From positions 96,001 through 160,000 of the forward strand of contig CBDCWP010000039.1 of assembly GCA_965223505.1 (NCBI GenBank): 64,000 nt of DNA, written 5' to 3'. The notes under the pieces are model-generated. The model had not been told where the DNA came from and made no database searches. It was given only the letters and a program-made list of their open reading frames with translations. The translations under genes were made by a program, and so were the position numbers. Shown piece after piece: positions 61,320-64,000 of this stretch. The first letter of the stretch is position 1. The number at the start of each line of letters is the position of its first letter. Source of the DNA: Planctomycetota bacterium. Its GTDB lineage: Bacteria; Planctomycetota; PLA2; JAEUHO01.

Positions 61320-64000
61320 CGGTCTGTTTCCTTGGATTCGAGGGGGAGTTCGCGGTTGCTGCCTCCGAACATCAGCGAGTACCCGGCGGGAATCACGATG
61401 AGGTTCAGAAACGTGGATGTGATCAGCCCGCCGAGGACGACGATGGCCAACGGCGCGAGCAGCTCGCTGCCGGGCTCACCGGCCGCGAGTGCCAGGGGCA
61501 CGAGGCCGAGCGCCGCCGTCAGTGCGGTCATGAGAATCGGCACGAGCCGCTGGACGGACCCGAGGACCACGGCCTGTGCCAAGGTCTTGCCCTCGTTCTC
61601 CATCATGTGGCGGTAGTGGTTGACCAGCAGAATGCCGTTGCGCACGGCGATGCCGAACAGCGTGACGAAGCCGACCATGCTCGCGATGGAGATGATGGGG
61701 GCCTGATAGCGCCCGTCCGCCAGGCCGACGAGCGCGGCGAAGTTCGTCAGCCAACCACTGGACTCGCTGATGAAGATGGCGGCGATGCCTCCGATCAGCG
61801 CCAGCGGCAGGTTCACCATCACGAGCAGTGCCGCGCGTGTCGACCGGAACGCCATGCTCAGGAGCAGCAGCATCAGGACCGCGACACCCGCGCCCATGAC
61901 GTAGATCGTTCGCGACGCGGACTGTTGCGCCTCGAACTGTCCACCGTATTCGACCGTGTAGCCGTGGCGCTCCACGATGGGGCCTACCCTGGCCTGGATG
62001 CTCTCCACGAGGTGTCCGAGGTTGTAGCCTTCGGCGACGTTCACCGAGACGACCGCCTTGCGCTGCGCATTCTGTCGGGCGATGAGGTTCGACGCGCGCT
62101 CGATGCCGATGTCGGCGACCTCGTCCAGGCGAACGAGCGCGCCGCCCTTGCCGCGCAGGAGCAGGCCCCGAATGTCCTCCATCGTCTGTCGCTGGTTCGA
62201 CGCGAGGCGTACCACGATCTCGTAGCTGCGAATGCCCTCATTCACGCGCGCGACATTCGCACCGAAGATCGCGGCTTTGACCTGTCCGGCGGCGCCGACC
62301 GGGGAGAGACCCCAGCGAGCCAGGTCGTCCGCGCGATACCGAATGGGCAACGTCGAGATCATCACCTCGCGCTGCGCGTTGACGTCCCGTGCGCCGGGCA
62401 CCGACGCGAGCTCGGATTCGATCTCCTTTGCGATGCGTCGAAGCGTATGCAGGTCGTCCCCGAACACGTTGATCGCGACCGCCGCGGGCGTTCCCGACAT
62501 GACGTGCGACATCCGGTGCTCGATGGGTTGGCCGACCATCGTCGTGATGCCCGGGACCGCGCCGAGCACCTTGTCGATCTCGGCGCGAACGGCGTTCTTC
62601 TTGTAGCCCGGCTTGATCGTCACCTCGATCTCGCTGCTGCTGACGGGCTCCGCGTGTTCGTCTCGCTCGGCACGCCCGGTGCGGCGCACGACGGTCTCGA
62701 CGCCTTCGATCTCGGCCATGCGGCGATCCACGCCCTCCGCGAGGCGATTGCTCTCCTCGAGCGACGTACCGGGCGGCGCCATCAGGAAGACCGTGAACGT
62801 GCCTTCGTTGAACTCCGGCAGGAAGCTGGTGCCGAACGTGGAGGCGAGCGCGATGAACGCGACGGCCGTCGCCATGGAGATACCCACGACGGCCTTGCGC
62901 CAACGGAGTGCGAACCGCAGTGTCGGCTCGTAGATGCGCTTCAAGAATCGGACCAGGGGCCCGTCACGCTCTTCCTTCAGCTTGAGCTTCCCGCCGAAGA
63001 GGTGCTTGCAAAGCGCCGGTGTGACCGTCAGCGCCACCAGCAGCGACGCCAGGATCGACGTGACGTACATGTTGCCGAGCGGCCGGAAGAAGCGCCCCTC
63101 CAGGCCTTCGAGGAACAACAACGGGAGGAACACCATCACGATGATGACGGTGGCGAACACGATGGAGCTGCGAATCTCGTTGCTGGCCGTGAAGATCACC
63201 TGCGGTACGGACTTGCGTTGCGCCTTCGGCAGCAGTCGGTTCTCGCGCAGTCTTCGGAAGACGTTCTCGACGTCGATGATCGAGTCGTCGACGATCTCGC
63301 CGATCGCGATCGCCAGCCCGCCGAGCGTCATGACGTTGATGGTGCCGCCGCGGAACCCTAGGATGACGAGCGCCATCGCGATCGAGAGCGGAATCGTCAC
63401 GAGCGTGATGACCGTCGCTCTTACGTTCATCAAGAACAGAGCGAGGATGATCGCGACGATGATCGCGGCATCGCGACACACTTGAACGACCTTGTCGAGG
63501 CTGCGATTGATGAAGTCGGACTGGCGCATCACGTGGCGGTCGAGCTGCAGACCGTCCGGGAGTCCGCTTTCGAGCTGGTCGAATTTGGCGTCGATCTGGC
63601 GCGTGAGCTCGAGCGTGTTCGTGCCGGGCGCCTTCTGGATGCTGAGCACGACGGCGGGACGGCCGCGTTGCGACGCCGTGCCGCGCTTGAGCGCTCCGGC
63701 GCGCTCGACGTCCGCCACTTGGCCGATCGTCACCGGGGCGCCGTCGCGGTAGCGGATGATCGTGTTCGCGATGTCGCGCTCGCCGCGAACCCGCCCTGTT
63801 TGCCGCAGCGGCAGCTCCAGGCCCTCGACGTTGGGCAGGTATCCCGCGCCGGCGGTGCTGTGCGCGTTGTCCGCGGCTTCGACGACGTCCTGGATCGTCA
63901 GGTCGTAGAGGCGCAGGCGGGTCTGGTCGACGTTGACCTGGTATTCGGGCAACTCGCCGCCGATGGCCACCACTTGCGAGACGCCCGGCACCGACAACAG
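61316..64000 (-). CDS. CusA/CzcA heavy-metal efflux RND permease (5' end outside the window)
   Basis: INVMTLGGLAIAIG..VDD.IIDVEN, EGRFFRPL, FLPEFNEG, RRTGRAE.DEHA, GIAVRNGI, RL.PILMTAL. Confidence 0.93.
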   Translation of the reverse strand: MLSVPGVSQVVAIGGELPEYQVNVDQTRLRLYDLTIQDVVEAADNAHSTAGAGYLPNVEGLELPLRQTGRVRGERDIANTIIRYRDGAPVTIGQVADVERAGALKRGTASQRGRPAVVLSIQKAPGTNTLELTRQIDAKFDQLESGLPDGLQLDRHVMRQSDFINRSLDKVVQVCRDAAIIVAIILALFLMNVRATVITLVTIPLSIAMALVILGFRGGTINVMTLGGLAIAIGEIVDDSIIDVENVFRRLRENRLLPKAQRKSVPQVIFTASNEIRSSIVFATVIIVMVFLPLLFLEGLEGRFFRPLGNMYVTSILASLLVALTVTPALCKHLFGGKLKLKEERDGPLVRFLKRIYEPTLRFALRWRKAVVGISMATAVAFIALASTFGTSFLPEFNEGTFTVFLMAPPGTSLEESNRLAEGVDRRMAEIEGVETVVRRTGRAERDEHAEPVSSSEIEVTIKPGYKKNAVRAEIDKVLGAVPGITTMVGQPIEHRMSHVMSGTPAAVAINVFGDDLHTLRRIAKEIESELASVPGARDVNAQREVMISTLPIRYRADDLARWGLSPVGAAGQVKAAIFGANVARVNEGIRSYEIVVRLASNQRQTMEDIRGLLLRGKGGALVRLDEVADIGIERASNLIARQNAQRKAVVSVNVAEGYNLGHLVESIQARVGPIVERHGYTVEYGGQFEAQQSASRTIYVMGAGVAVLMLLLLSMAFRSTRAALLVMVNLPLALIGGIAAIFISESSGWLTNFAALVGLADGRYQAPIISIASMVGFVTLFGIAVRNGILLVNHYRHMMENEGKTLAQAVVLGSVQRLVPILMTALTAALGLVPLALAAGEPGSELLAPLAIVVLGGLITSTFLNLIVIPAGYSLMFGGSNRELPLESKETDR

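Overview
High-GC bacterial chromosomal window. The gene types (ECF sigma factor with a very long C-terminal extension, kinase-FGE fusion, PEP-CTERM protein) are compatible with a Planctomycetota-like organism, but this is inference only. Housekeeping and metabolic genes are fcl/gmd, apt, argS, pyrK, pgi, ssb, priA, an acyl-CoA synthetase, a thiolase/hbd/acyl-CoA dehydrogenase/MeaB/B12-subunit cluster and a partial CusA/CzcA pump. A type IV pilus/competence-type locus spans about 29.7-44.2 kb: PilZ, acetyltransferase, PilD, two OmpA/MotB-like lipoproteins, PilT, PilB, PilC, two almost identical tandem pilins, a pilin paralogue without a class III leader, and DprA. Main observations: (1) PilD carries an inserted ~105-aa domain that aligns without gaps to the stand-alone PilZ protein two genes upstream; (2) a probable selenoprotein (thioredoxin fold, UxxC, SECIS-like hairpin) is split into two ORFs in the supplied track; (3) a GTAG-type REP family forms a tandem array, brackets an IS256-containing islet and is the insertion site of an IS481 element; (4) a 39-copy GAACCC (TTCGGG) tract sits next to a truncated four-helix-bundle gene; (5) a SoxA-like monoheme cytochrome has Met at the Cys-ligand position; (6) a Nudix-HD fusion. 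No rRNA, tRNA or CRISPR array was seen. All product calls are by motif recognition; no database search was run.
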